Assembly: GCA_018238625.1 (NCBI GenBank) | Contig: JABCSY010000023.1 | Location: forward strand, 1-44,615 | DNA: 44,615 nucleotides | Origin: Promethearchaeota archaeon | GTDB lineage: Archaea > Asgardarchaeota > Lokiarchaeia > Sigyniarchaeales > SOKP01 | Reading direction: 5' to 3' | Shown: piece after piece, positions 17,795-27,806 of the stretch | Layout of the letters: the number at the start of each line of letters is the position of its first letter | Numbering within the stretch: the first letter of the stretch is position 1 | Position numbers and translations under genes: made by a program | Notes under the pieces: model-generated | The model's database searches: none | Seen by the model: only the letters and a program-made list of their open reading frames with translations | What the model was told of the DNA's origin: nothing

Positions 17795-20700
17795 ATGAAG
17801 TTTAAATCAATACAGAAATTAAAAAATAATTCAAATATATTGCTGGTAATTCTACTTATTTCAATGACTACCGTAATTCCAAGTTTATTAACAAGTATAC
17901 AGAGAGAGAAAGAGATTCTCATTGACGAGAAGGATAATAACGAAATTATTAATACACGACCACCCCAAGAATCTCATGTTTACTACGAAGACACGACCGG
18001 GACTGCAAGGGGTGTTTATGTGAGCGGAGATTATGTCTATGTGGCAGATGGAGATTCGGGTTTGGCGGTCATCGATATTTCTGACCCGACAAATCCAGGA
18101 ACGCCCATCTACGCAGATACGACTGGATCTGCATGGGGCGTTTATGTGAGCGGAGATTACGCCTATGTGGCGGATGGAGATTCGGGTTTGGCGGTCATCG
18201 ATATTTCTGACCCGACAAATCCAGAAACGCTTGTTTACGAAGATACGACCAAATGGGCATGTGATCTTTATGTGAGCGGAGATTATGCCTATATGGGAGA
18301 TCATAGTAGTGGTTTGGCGATCATCGATATTTCCAACCCGACAAACCCGGAATTGGCTGCTCAACGGGATACGACAGGGTATGCACGTTTCGTCTCCGTG
18401 AGCGGAGATTACGCCTATGTGGCAGATAGTGGTTCGGGTTTGGCGGTCATCGATATTACCGACCCAACAAACCCAGGGATGCCCGTTTACGAAAACACGA
18501 CAGGATGGGCATATTGCGTTTATGTAAGTGGAGATTATGTTTATGTGGCAGATTATGATTCGGGCTTGGCGGTCATTAATATTTTCGACCCGACAAACCC
18601 GGGAGCGCCTTTTTATGAGGATACGACTGGACATGCTTTTGGTGTGCATGTAAGCGGAGATCATGCCTATCTAGCATGTACTGGAGGCTTAGCAGTCATC
18701 GACATTTCCGATCCAATAAATCCGGGAACACCCATATACGAAGACTTGATCGGATATACATATGACATCTATGTGAGCGGAGATTACGCCTATGTTGCGT
18801 GTGGTGATTCGGGTTTGGTAGTCATCGATATTTCAGAGCCCATAAACCCAGAAACGCTTGGATCCAAAGATACGGGTGGAAATGCGGTTGGCATTTATGT
18901 GGATGGAGATTATGCCTATTTAGCTGATGCTTCAAGTTTGTCGATCATCAATGTTTCCGACCCGGCAAACCCGGGAATATTTGCTCCTAAAGCCACGCTT
19001 GGAGCTACTAATGATGTTTATGTGAGCGGAGATTATGCATATGTGGCGGATGGAGCTGGCTTGGCGGTCATCGATATTTCCGACCCGATAAACCCGGGAA
19101 CGGTCTTCTACGAAGACACGACCGGATATGCATATGATATTTACGTGAGCGGGGACTACGCTTATATGGCGGCTACATCGGGCTTGGCGGTTATTAATAT
19201 TTCCGACCCGACAGACCCGGGAACGCCCGATTATGCAGACACAACTGGGGGTGCTCGTGGCGTTTATGTAAGCGGAGATTACGCTTATGTGGCAGATACT
19301 CATTCAGGTTTGGCGATCATTAATATTTCTGACCCGACAAACCCGGAAACGCTTGTCTATGCAGACACGATTGGCTTTGCACATGACGTTTACGTGAGTG
19401 GAGATTTCGCCTATGTGGCAAATGGATGGAATGGATTGGCAGTTATTAATATTTCCGACCCGACAAACCCGGGAACGCCCTTCTACGAACCCACGGGCGG
19501 AGGTGCAGATGGCATTTATGTGAGCGGAGATTACGCCTATGTGGCAGATAGTGGTTCGGGTTTGGCGGTTATTGATATTTCCGACCCGACAGACCCAGAA
19601 ACGCTCGTCTATGAAGACACGGACGCAGATGCAAATGATGTTTACGTGAGTGGAGATTACGCTTATGTAGCGGATGGGGCTTCTGGATTGGTGGTCATTC
19701 AAATTCGAAAGAGGGTTGATATGGAAGACCCAATAATAACAAACGCTCCGAGCGACATCACCGTGGAAACGATATATACGGGGCAGAGCCTATCGTGGAC
19801 AGCAACTGATGCAAATCCAGACTCTTATACGATTGAATTGATTGGAACGGGTATAGAAGTAACATCTACACCTTGGGTTAATAATACGCCAATCGTATAT
19901 GATATACCAGATGGATTTAGCATAGGATCGTATATTTATAGGGTTAATTTCACAGATGATTATGGCAATTTTATCACCAATAGCGTCGTTTTTACAGTTG
20001 AAGACAAGACCGATCCTGTTATAACCGTTAGCCCTAATAATTTCACTGTGGAAGCGGGATATACGGGGCAGAGTTTGTCGTGGACAGCAACTGATGCAAA
20101 TCCAGACACTTACACGATTGAACTCCAAGGGTCAGGAAATGTAGCGGGACCTACCACTTGGACGAGCGGAAATTTTATTAACTACAATATTTCCGTAGGA
20201 TATAATGTAGGATCGTACATTTATACGGTTACTTTCACAGACGATTATGGAAACTTCATCACCGATAGCGTCAATTTTACAGTTGAAGATACGACAGATC
20301 CAATCCTCATAAGCGCTCCGAGCGATCGAATCGTGGAATATGGATACACCTTGCAGTACATTTCTTGGACGGTAACTGACTTCAATCCAAATAACTACAC
20401 GATAAATCTTCCCGTGATAGGGATCGTAGCAGGACCAATTGTCTGGATGTCTGGCGTAGAGTTTACATATCATATCCCAGACGGTCTTGCTCTAGGCGAC
20501 TATGTGTACGAACTTATCATCTGGGATGACTTTGGTTATTATTTATTTGACACCGTTATATTTACAGTAGTTGATACGACCAATCCAATCATAATAAGCG
20601 CTCCAAACGATCTAACCTTAGAAGAGGGATACATAGGGCAGAGTCTGTCTTGGACGGCAACGGACTTAGATTCTTGCTCTTACACGATTGAGCTTATTGG

Positions 20701-20977
20701 GTCAGGGATAGTATTACTACCAATTTCCTGGACATCTGGCGTACCAATTACATATGACATCCCGGAAGGCTTGACTCCTGGTGTTTATATATATAACATA
20801 ACTTTTAGAGACCAAAGCGTAAATACTATCTCGGACACAGTTACGGTAACTATTAATTCAATCGATGATGAAACGCCTGCAATTCCATTTGGTAATTATT
20901 TCTTAATATTCATTGGATTCAGCATAATTTACTTAAGTTTTAAGAAAAAACGCCAAATTGTTCGCGAATCCAAATAA
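17795..20977 (+). CDS. Large surface protein: 14 LVIVD repeats (probably two 7-blade propellers) + 4 Ig-like repeats + IPFGNY-TM-KKKR anchor
   Basis: About 42-aa units VYVSGDYAYVADxxSGLAVIDISDPTNP; about 95-aa units DxxDPII..GQSLSWTATD..FTVE. Confidence 0.93.
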   Translation: MKFKSIQKLKNNSNILLVILLISMTTVIPSLLTSIQREKEILIDEKDNNEIINTRPPQESHVYYEDTTGTARGVYVSGDYVYVADGDSGLAVIDISDPTNPGTPIYADTTGSAWGVYVSGDYAYVADGDSGLAVIDISDPTNPETLVYEDTTKWACDLYVSGDYAYMGDHSSGLAIIDISNPTNPELAAQRDTTGYARFVSVSGDYAYVADSGSGLAVIDITDPTNPGMPVYENTTGWAYCVYVSGDYVYVADYDSGLAVINIFDPTNPGAPFYEDTTGHAFGVHVSGDHAYLACTGGLAVIDISDPINPGTPIYEDLIGYTYDIYVSGDYAYVACGDSGLVVIDISEPINPETLGSKDTGGNAVGIYVDGDYAYLADASSLSIINVSDPANPGIFAPKATLGATNDVYVSGDYAYVADGAGLAVIDISDPINPGTVFYEDTTGYAYDIYVSGDYAYMAATSGLAVINISDPTDPGTPDYADTTGGARGVYVSGDYAYVADTHSGLAIINISDPTNPETLVYADTIGFAHDVYVSGDFAYVANGWNGLAVINISDPTNPGTPFYEPTGGGADGIYVSGDYAYVADSGSGLAVIDISDPTDPETLVYEDTDADANDVYVSGDYAYVADGASGLVVIQIRKRVDMEDPIITNAPSDITVETIYTGQSLSWTATDANPDSYTIELIGTGIEVTSTPWVNNTPIVYDIPDGFSIGSYIYRVNFTDDYGNFITNSVVFTVEDKTDPVITVSPNNFTVEAGYTGQSLSWTATDANPDTYTIELQGSGNVAGPTTWTSGNFINYNISVGYNVGSYIYTVTFTDDYGNFITDSVNFTVEDTTDPILISAPSDRIVEYGYTLQYISWTVTDFNPNNYTINLPVIGIVAGPIVWMSGVEFTYHIPDGLALGDYVYELIIWDDFGYYLFDTVIFTVVDTTNPIIISAPNDLTLEEGYIGQSLSWTATDLDSCSYTIELIGSGIVLLPISWTSGVPITYDIPEGLTPGVYIYNITFRDQSVNTISDTVTVTINSIDDETPAIPFGNYFLIFIGFSIIYLSFKKKRQIVRESK

Positions 20978-21098
20978 TAAACAAAAATTAACAATTTTTT
21001 TTTTTACTTATCACTTAAATAAGTATTTTCGACTTTCATATCAGCTACAAGAATATATTATGAAGGATCAAGCTTATTTTTCAATAAATTCAAATAAA

Positions 21099-21578
21099 TT
21101 AAATTTCTTTTAAGATAGTCTCTAAATGTTTTTTTAGTTCTTTTGCCTTTTCGGGATCTGGGGGATAGCCATTTGATATGCCTTTTGAGATTTCGCTTTG
21201 CAACCATTCTTCAAACTCGTTAAATTTGTTCACATTTTTAAAAATTATATCAAGTCCGCTCTCATCTTCATTCTTAATAAGGTCGGAGAGAAAAACAGAG
21301 ATTATTAGTTCCTTAGCTTTTTCAATATTTTCAACTCCAATAGTTATGATGTTAAAGTCTTCAAACAAATTGGCACAGTAAGTAAATATCTCGTCGTTTC
21401 CCCATCTCTGAATTTTGTCTTTTAAAAAATCTAACACGCCAAGAAGGTCTAAAGGGTTTTTTCCTTTTTTAAGTTTGAAAACGACGCCATTTTCGGTTAA
21501 CTCTCTATTTTTTAAGAGTAAATCGTTTAGCGCTTTAATAACTTCACTTTTTTCAGACGAAGAATCTATTATGGGCAT
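21099..21578 (-). CDS. Hypothetical protein (intact copy)
   Basis: 159-aa ORF; conservative substitutions against its partial copy support coding status. Confidence 0.85.
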   Translation of the reverse strand: MPIIDSSSEKSEVIKALNDLLLKNRELTENGVVFKLKKGKNPLDLLGVLDFLKDKIQRWGNDEIFTYCANLFEDFNIITIGVENIEKAKELIISVFLSDLIKNEDESGLDIIFKNVNKFNEFEEWLQSEISKGISNGYPPDPEKAKELKKHLETILKEI

Positions 21579-21714
21579 ATAATTATCAAATTATTCTTTT
21601 CTTTTAAGAAATTCATCTAAAACTTGATTTTAATTTTTTTATTTAAATAATTAAAACTTTAATTTGAATTTATACTAAATTGTATAATTAGTTAAAGTAG
21701 GAATAAGTAGGAAA

Positions 21715-22644
21715 ATGAGCGATTCAGTAGAAGAGTTGTACCAAAAATTGCTAGCTTCTGGCTTCACGGAGGTTGAATTGGAAAAGCAGGTCAAGAACAA
21801 AGCCAAAGAGTTCGGTGGATTCATGTCGGAGCAAGGTATTTTGTTCGTTATCGCTAAAGAAAATGGGATTTATCTTCAATCGTCCGATATTAATGAGCAA
21901 TTGTATAAAGAGTTTGAAGAAGAGATTGACTACGACGATTTCACGATCGATATATCAGAAATTAAAGAGGATATGACCATCATTGTGTTATTAGGAAAAA
22001 TACTCCAAGTTTATGAGACACGCGAATTTACAAGAAAGGACGGGACTCCGGGTATCGTTGGCTCATTTCTATTAGGAGATATTTCGCAGACGATAAAAGT
22101 TATTTTATGGGACGATAAAGTTAATATTACAAAAAATGAATTCTTCAGAAAAAACGAATTAATTCGTATAATTGGAGGATATTGTAGAATGGGTAGAGAT
22201 AGCAACCTCGAAGTACATTTAGGAAAAAAAGGTAGAATCGTACTTTCTCCTCAAAACGTAAGTAAAAATGCAGAGAGGAAATTAAATAATCTTGAATACG
22301 ATCAAAACCAAATTGATTCACCGCAGAAACTTACATCTAAAATTAAGGATTTAATAGAGCGATATAAGTACATAAAAATAATCCAAGGCTTAATTCAGAT
22401 CGAAGAATTTAAAGAAGTTAACACAAAATCAGGTGAAAAAACGTTTTTACTTAAGGTAATACTTAGCGACGAATCTAAGGAAATTCGAGTAATAATTTGG
22501 GGAATGAACGCTATTGAATGTTTAAAAGTACTAAGCAACGGAGATTTCGTCGAGATTACGAATCTCGCTGTTAAACAAAATACCTACACAGATGAAAAAG
22601 AATTATTATTTACCAAACACTCTGTTTTTAGAATAGTTTATTAA
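21715..22644 (+). CDS. Replication protein A-like ssDNA-binding protein (two OB folds)
   Basis: EFTRKDGTPGIVGSFLLGD..IKVILWD; second OB fold LSDESKEIRVIIWG; N-terminal FGGFMSEQGILFVIAKENG domain. Confidence 0.88.
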   Translation: MSDSVEELYQKLLASGFTEVELEKQVKNKAKEFGGFMSEQGILFVIAKENGIYLQSSDINEQLYKEFEEEIDYDDFTIDISEIKEDMTIIVLLGKILQVYETREFTRKDGTPGIVGSFLLGDISQTIKVILWDDKVNITKNEFFRKNELIRIIGGYCRMGRDSNLEVHLGKKGRIVLSPQNVSKNAERKLNNLEYDQNQIDSPQKLTSKIKDLIERYKYIKIIQGLIQIEEFKEVNTKSGEKTFLLKVILSDESKEIRVIIWGMNAIECLKVLSNGDFVEITNLAVKQNTYTDEKELLFTKHSVFRIVY

Positions 22645-22698
22645 CCTAAAGATTAGATATTAAAAAAAAAGATTTATGTAAATAATTGCAGACTTAAG

Positions 22699-23211
22699 TT
22701 AAAATCTATTTAACATTATTCTTGTTAAATTTTCAAACGATTTTTCTACGTTTTCACCCGTCTTGCTAGAGCATTCCGTAAAACCGCTAAATCCCTTTAC
22801 TTTAGCTATTTTTTTTCCTTCTTTAAAAGTAATTTCTCTAATTATATCTAAATCCGCTTTACCGCCAAGTAAAAGAAGTGGAATTTGGTCCTCTCTACCA
22901 TTTATAACGGATAACCAATTGTCAATGTGAGCAAGAGATGGATAATTTGTAACATCATACATTAAGATTGCTCCCATAGCGCCATTTATATATTTAGGTA
23001 AGATGAATCGAAATCTTTCCTCCCCACCAAAATCCCAGATCATAAGCTTTACCTTTTTTCCATCAACTTCAAAGGTTTTAGTTTCAAAATCAACTCCGAT
23101 AGTCATCTGAGAATCTGATATGAATAAATCTGTTTTAAATCTTTTTGTTAATGTTGTTTTTCCGCAACCTGCATCACCGAATATAACAATCTTAAAAATA
23201 GCGTCAAGCAT
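22699..23211 (-). CDS. Rab-like small GTPase (Ras superfamily)
   Basis: GDAGCGKT, TIGVDF, WDFGGEERF, GKADL, ECSSKTG; no prenylation tail. Confidence 0.93.
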   Translation of the reverse strand: MLDAIFKIVIFGDAGCGKTTLTKRFKTDLFISDSQMTIGVDFETKTFEVDGKKVKLMIWDFGGEERFRFILPKYINGAMGAILMYDVTNYPSLAHIDNWLSVINGREDQIPLLLLGGKADLDIIREITFKEGKKIAKVKGFSGFTECSSKTGENVEKSFENLTRIMLNRF

Positions 23212-23581
23212 GTTATCCTAATTAAAACTCTTTAATTTTCTTAAATACGCCTTTTTTATAAAAAATAATACAAATCTAGACATAAAAGTTTTAATATTTA
23301 AATCTTTTCTAAATACTTAACCCGTTTTATATTTTTTCCATGCTGATTAATGAAAAAAGCATATACAGAAATTTTTATAGTTGGTTTTCCTTTTTGTCCT
23401 ATGAATTGAAGGAAAAGATTTTTCATCTAAATAATCTCATATATAATAGATTCTTCTTTTCAAGATTAGAGGAGAGGAGCTTAGTTAATTATTAACGAAT
23501 TAAACATTGTAGAAATCTTTTTTTATTTATATATTCAAGATTAGTTTTATCGAATAGATATTTTTTATTCAAATTAACAGG

Positions 23582-24271
23582 TTGGATAGCGTGATAACCG
23601 AGCAAAAATTAAAGTCTAATGTAGATTTCGGGTTAATAGCAAAAAAAAGTTCGGAAGAGCGAGTTTTAGAACTCTTAAATAAATTATTGTTGTACGGAAG
23701 CTTTTTTTACGTGTTTTGCCTTTCTACTAGCATAATAACTGCTTATTTTTTCGGTTATAGCATTTTCACCCACTACATCAGCGACCTCGGTCGCAAAGCC
23801 GTGTTTCCTTTTTCGTGGTCGCACGACGCTTTTTGCGTGTTTGCAGGTTTAATAAGCGTTCCGGTAACCTTTAGTTTTAACAAAAAGCTAAAGGTTCGGT
23901 ACAAAAACTCGAAGCATTCTTTATTATTTTCGAAAATTGGGTTAGTTTCAGGCGTTGCTGGCAACCTCGGGTTAGTTTTCGTAGGAATTTTTAGCTTGGA
24001 TCGAGCTGGGCCTGGACAAATATACCACGGAATTTCTGCTTTTTTCGCTTTTAGCGGCATAGCAGTTTCCATTTTCTTTTTCTCGCTAAACATAGTTTTA
24101 TCTCACGAGTGCAATTTGAAAAAGTTGGGCGCCTATGGTCTGGTAGTTCCGCTAGTTTTACTCTTTTTATATTGCGTCGTCGTGACACCTATATTAGAAT
24201 GGCTTTTTTACTACTCAATTATAGCTTTTCTCTTAGCTCTGGATTGTTACGTGTTCAAAAACACGCATTGA
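23582..24271 (+). CDS. DUF998-like multi-TM membrane protein
   Basis: YSIFTHYISDLG, VGIFS, HGISAFFAF, PILEW motifs. Confidence 0.75.
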   Translation: MDSVITEQKLKSNVDFGLIAKKSSEERVLELLNKLLLYGSFFYVFCLSTSIITAYFFGYSIFTHYISDLGRKAVFPFSWSHDAFCVFAGLISVPVTFSFNKKLKVRYKNSKHSLLFSKIGLVSGVAGNLGLVFVGIFSLDRAGPGQIYHGISAFFAFSGIAVSIFFFSLNIVLSHECNLKKLGAYGLVVPLVLLFLYCVVVTPILEWLFYYSIIAFLLALDCYVFKNTH

Positions 24272-24320
24272 TAAATTTTATTAGTTCAAAAATGAAATTT
24301 ATATCAATTTTTTAGTTTAT

Positions 24321-25136
24321 TTACAACTGCAAATAAAGATAGGTTACTTTCATGTAATGAAAATCCTCCTTGCCAACAATTTTAAGACGCCTTAACACGT
24401 CAAAGAGCAAATATAATCCAAATTGTCGCCCGAACATAGCAATGATTATGAACAATTTTTTTTGATGAGATTTTATTTTTTTAACTTTTTTGACTCTTTC
24501 TTCAACATTTTCGTAGTCTATTAAGAATTGCCCTAGAGTCTCGGTACAAGTTTTTCTAATGTTATCGTCGTGAAAGCCTGCCAATTTATATCCCTTATTT
24601 TTAAACAATTTTAGCTTAAGAGAGGGAATTTCGCTTGGAACCACGCTTTTTTTGGTTTTGGACTTTTTGTAATAGCGAAATCCGTAATCAGACATTTTTT
24701 GTTCGTAATAATTAGCAAAAGATAGGGGATAAACAGGGCTATGGACACCCGTTTTTGTCATGTTGATGTAATAAACGCGCCCGCGATATAATAAATGAGA
24801 ACTTCTCTCAAAACCTAAAATGCGTATTTTATCTTCGATCTTAGGTAATCGCTCAAAAGAACTCCCGTTAAAAACCCATAAAACGTAGCAATTATGTTCA
24901 TTGTATTCTTTAGTGCGCTGGATTAAATCTTTGGAAAGTATCATTGAATGCTGTATTTCAATTACCACTTCTTTTCCATTCTCTAGCATGCAATATACAT
25001 CGGCTATTCGATTACCAATCGAATATTCTAGTTTAATAGTTTTTACGTTGTTATCAAGTGGAAGGTTATCGTAAAAAAAATCCTTTATTTTGATGTGTTC
25101 AAAGGATTCTGATTCTTTTTTCTTCGATTTGATCAT
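24321..25136 (-). CDS. CoiA-like PD-(D/E)xK nuclease
   Basis: H..IK..., LEY..GNRIADV, VVIEIQHS, RTKEY...VLWV, the characteristic CoiA nuclease pattern. Confidence 0.8.
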   Translation of the reverse strand: MIKSKKKESESFEHIKIKDFFYDNLPLDNNVKTIKLEYSIGNRIADVYCMLENGKEVVIEIQHSMILSKDLIQRTKEYNEHNCYVLWVFNGSSFERLPKIEDKIRILGFERSSHLLYRGRVYYINMTKTGVHSPVYPLSFANYYEQKMSDYGFRYYKKSKTKKSVVPSEIPSLKLKLFKNKGYKLAGFHDDNIRKTCTETLGQFLIDYENVEERVKKVKKIKSHQKKLFIIIAMFGRQFGLYLLFDVLRRLKIVGKEDFHYMKVTYLYLQL

Positions 25137-25338
25137 AATAATAATCGTGAGTCTTTAGGGTTATCAAATAATCGAGAAGTATGCTTTTAAACCCAATAAT
25201 TTTTTTTACCAATCTAAGCCTAATCAGCAATAATGTCTTTAAATTTAAGCTTTTAAAGACAAATAAGTATAAATATTAATTGTAGATAATAGATTATCGA
25301 CAAATAATAAAATTCAATAAATTTTTGATGGAAATAAA

Positions 25339-27066
25339 ATGAAATCAAGTGCAAAATCAAAAATATTAATTTTAACCGCTTTAGGAATCTTTTTCGCATT
25401 TTCACCAATAATTACCACTAATCTTAGTTTTATTACGAGTAGTTGCATCAAAAGTTTGGAATATAGCAATGATATTAATTTAGGTAATAAAAATCTAAAA
25501 ATCTCGCAAGTATCTGAGAAAATTCATATTGATGGTAATTCAAGTTGGGTTGATTTTAAAAACGCTGGAAATTGTACGGGGAACGGTTTATATTCAGATC
25601 CTTATGTTATAGAAGATTTGGTAATAGATGGCGAAGGTTCGGGAAGCTGCATCTTGATCGAAAATTCCGATGTGTATTTTAAGATTGAAAATTGTTCGCT
25701 TTATAATTCCGGTTCAGGGCTCTATAATGCAGGAATTAAATTAAGGGACATTGTAAATGGTCAATTAATAAACAACAACTGTTCAAATAATAGCGGTGTT
25801 GGAATAGGGTTATATCAGAGTCAATATATCTCAATTGAAGAAAACATAGTCAACAATAATAATGAGGATGGAATACTTCTAGAAGCAAGTCATAATAATA
25901 ATTTTTCGAAAAACACATTAAATGAGAATTCGGATGGAATATATTTAGGCTTAAGCAATAATAACCTTATTTTAAATAATTCTGCCTATAATAATGATTT
26001 GAGAGGGATTTATCTATCCTCTTCAAGTAATAACAACACTATAATGAACAACAATGTTACCTATAACGGCTCCCAAGGAATACACATATCCGATAGTCAA
26101 GATAATAAAATTGTAGGAAATATAGCAAATCATAATGGTGGGAATGGAATATATATATGGGAAAGTAATATTAATATGATTTCAGGAAACAACGCAAATG
26201 ACAATTATTATGGAATAATAATAAGATATAGTGTTAACAATACAGTTTCGGAAAACAGTGTAAATAATAACATCTGGTATGGGATATATCTATTATATAG
26301 TAATGTTAATACTGTTTCGGGAAACATTGCAATTAACAACTATGGTGGGATAAATTTGATAAGAAGTGATTATAATACTATTTCGGGAAACACCGTAAAT
26401 AACAACAATTATGGAATACGTTTGGATAGGGGTGAGTTTAATAATGTCTTGGGAAATAACGCAAGTCATAACACTTTCGCGGGATTATATTTACGTTCAA
26501 GTAGTAATAATATTATCGAAATGAACACAATTACTAATAATAATATTGGTATTTATCTCTATGATTCTAAATACAATAACATTTTAAACAACATTTTTAG
26601 CGGTAACGGAGAAGATATTCAAGAAGTTCCCATTAATGGAAACCAATATCATCTGGAAATTATTTTTATAATAATAAGAGTAGTGACTCTCATTGTCATT
26701 ATTATGTCCATAGCTGGGATACTTATTTTAAGAAAAAGGAGGTCTATTAATAGAACTGAGATAAAAGATCCAAAAAAATCACAATCGGCTTCTCAATCAA
26801 TAGAAATTTTAAAAAGAGAATTTGGTTACGGAGTGAGGGCGTTGGAAGTTATACCAGAACATGAAGTGATAAAGAATATGTTCGAAGAACAACCTGAAGA
26901 ATTAGAAGCCTTACAAGAAGAAGTAGTAGAAATCACACCTGAAGAACAACAAGAAGTATTGAAACCGCCTGAACTTCAAATAATTAAGTGTCCTTTTTGT
27001 GGAATAGAGATCGATGAAGAAACAGCCTTTTGTCAACAATGTGGGATGAAAATTAAGAAGAAATAG
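25339..27066 (+). CDS. NosD/CASH beta-helix protein with TM and cytoplasmic acidic linker + zinc ribbon
   Basis: Same N-terminus as its paralogs; TM near aa 440-465; C-terminal CPFC...CQQC. Confidence 0.9.
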   Translation: MKSSAKSKILILTALGIFFAFSPIITTNLSFITSSCIKSLEYSNDINLGNKNLKISQVSEKIHIDGNSSWVDFKNAGNCTGNGLYSDPYVIEDLVIDGEGSGSCILIENSDVYFKIENCSLYNSGSGLYNAGIKLRDIVNGQLINNNCSNNSGVGIGLYQSQYISIEENIVNNNNEDGILLEASHNNNFSKNTLNENSDGIYLGLSNNNLILNNSAYNNDLRGIYLSSSSNNNTIMNNNVTYNGSQGIHISDSQDNKIVGNIANHNGGNGIYIWESNINMISGNNANDNYYGIIIRYSVNNTVSENSVNNNIWYGIYLLYSNVNTVSGNIAINNYGGINLIRSDYNTISGNTVNNNNYGIRLDRGEFNNVLGNNASHNTFAGLYLRSSSNNIIEMNTITNNNIGIYLYDSKYNNILNNIFSGNGEDIQEVPINGNQYHLEIIFIIIRVVTLIVIIMSIAGILILRKRRSINRTEIKDPKKSQSASQSIEILKREFGYGVRALEVIPEHEVIKNMFEEQPEELEALQEEVVEITPEEQQEVLKPPELQIIKCPFCGIEIDEETAFCQQCGMKIKKK

Positions 27067-27176
27067 ATTTCAGAATAATCTCTTTTTTTTTTGAAAAAAG
27101 CTCGATTTATGGATTAGGGTTCAGTAATAAAATTTAGTCTTCCCATAATACAATTGAAAATAACTAAGAAATATTA

Positions 27177-27196
27177 TCCAATTTTTCCTTTATATT
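27177..27196 (+). promoter_or_regulatory. T-tract + TATA promoter of the mglB-mglA-like operon
   Basis: TCCAATTTTTCC-TTTATATT; RBS AGGTG before ATG 27247. Confidence 0.55.
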
Positions 27197-27246
27197 GTCA
27201 TAGACTATTTCTTTTCTATCAATAAATAATTAGGTGTTAGAAGAAA

Positions 27247-27780
27247 ATGACTTTATTTGTTCCTAGAGCTTTATATGAAAACGAAATAACTATCGTTTTG
27301 GACGAAATTCGATATAGTTACGGAATGTTGACCAGAAGAGGATACATTTATGGGCTTATTGCGATAGATCAAGATGCAAAAATAATCGCGATCGACTCTA
27401 GATTTGATCGCAAGTTGAATTATTGGGATTTGAGCTCGATCGGCGCTGCACTATTTGGAGTGGCTCGACAAGCTCAAGACTTTTTTGAAACAGATTCATT
27501 AATAAGAGCTACACTAATTTATAAAGATTTACAACTTTATGTTAAATCAATTGGAGATGTAATGCTTCAAAAGAAAGGGAAACGAGAAATCCTCGTTGTT
27601 TTGTTGGTCGATAACATGGTAAATATTGGCGTACTTATATTGCAAATGAGGAAATTCTCGCAAAAAATCAAAGAGGCTATAACTAAAAATCAAACTATTA
27701 TGACCAAACTTCAAATGGGCGAACGTGAGCTAAAAGAATACCTTAGAAAATTAAAAAAGAAAGTATTTCAATCCGCTTAA
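27247..27780 (+). CDS. Roadblock/MglB-like protein with C-terminal helical extension
   Basis: IAIDQDAKIIA, LSSIGAALFGVARQ, VNIGVLILQMRK; directly upstream of an MglA-like GTPase. Confidence 0.8.
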   Translation: MTLFVPRALYENEITIVLDEIRYSYGMLTRRGYIYGLIAIDQDAKIIAIDSRFDRKLNYWDLSSIGAALFGVARQAQDFFETDSLIRATLIYKDLQLYVKSIGDVMLQKKGKREILVVLLVDNMVNIGVLILQMRKFSQKIKEAITKNQTIMTKLQMGERELKEYLRKLKKKVFQSA

Positions 27781-27806
27781 TTATCGAAAAAGGTGTAGCG
27801 CGAAAA

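Noticed and set aside
17888-20473. Long antisense ORFs (258, 123, 132, 112, 113 aa) within the LVIVD gene
   Set aside because: Shadows of a repetitive sense-strand gene; no protein-like features.
14279-27066. Diversity-generating retroelement acting on the Asn (AAY)-rich NosD genes
   Set aside because: No reverse transcriptase and no non-coding template repeat. Differences between the shared blocks are not confined to adenines of one copy (e.g. gag/tat, cgt/ggt, acc/agt).
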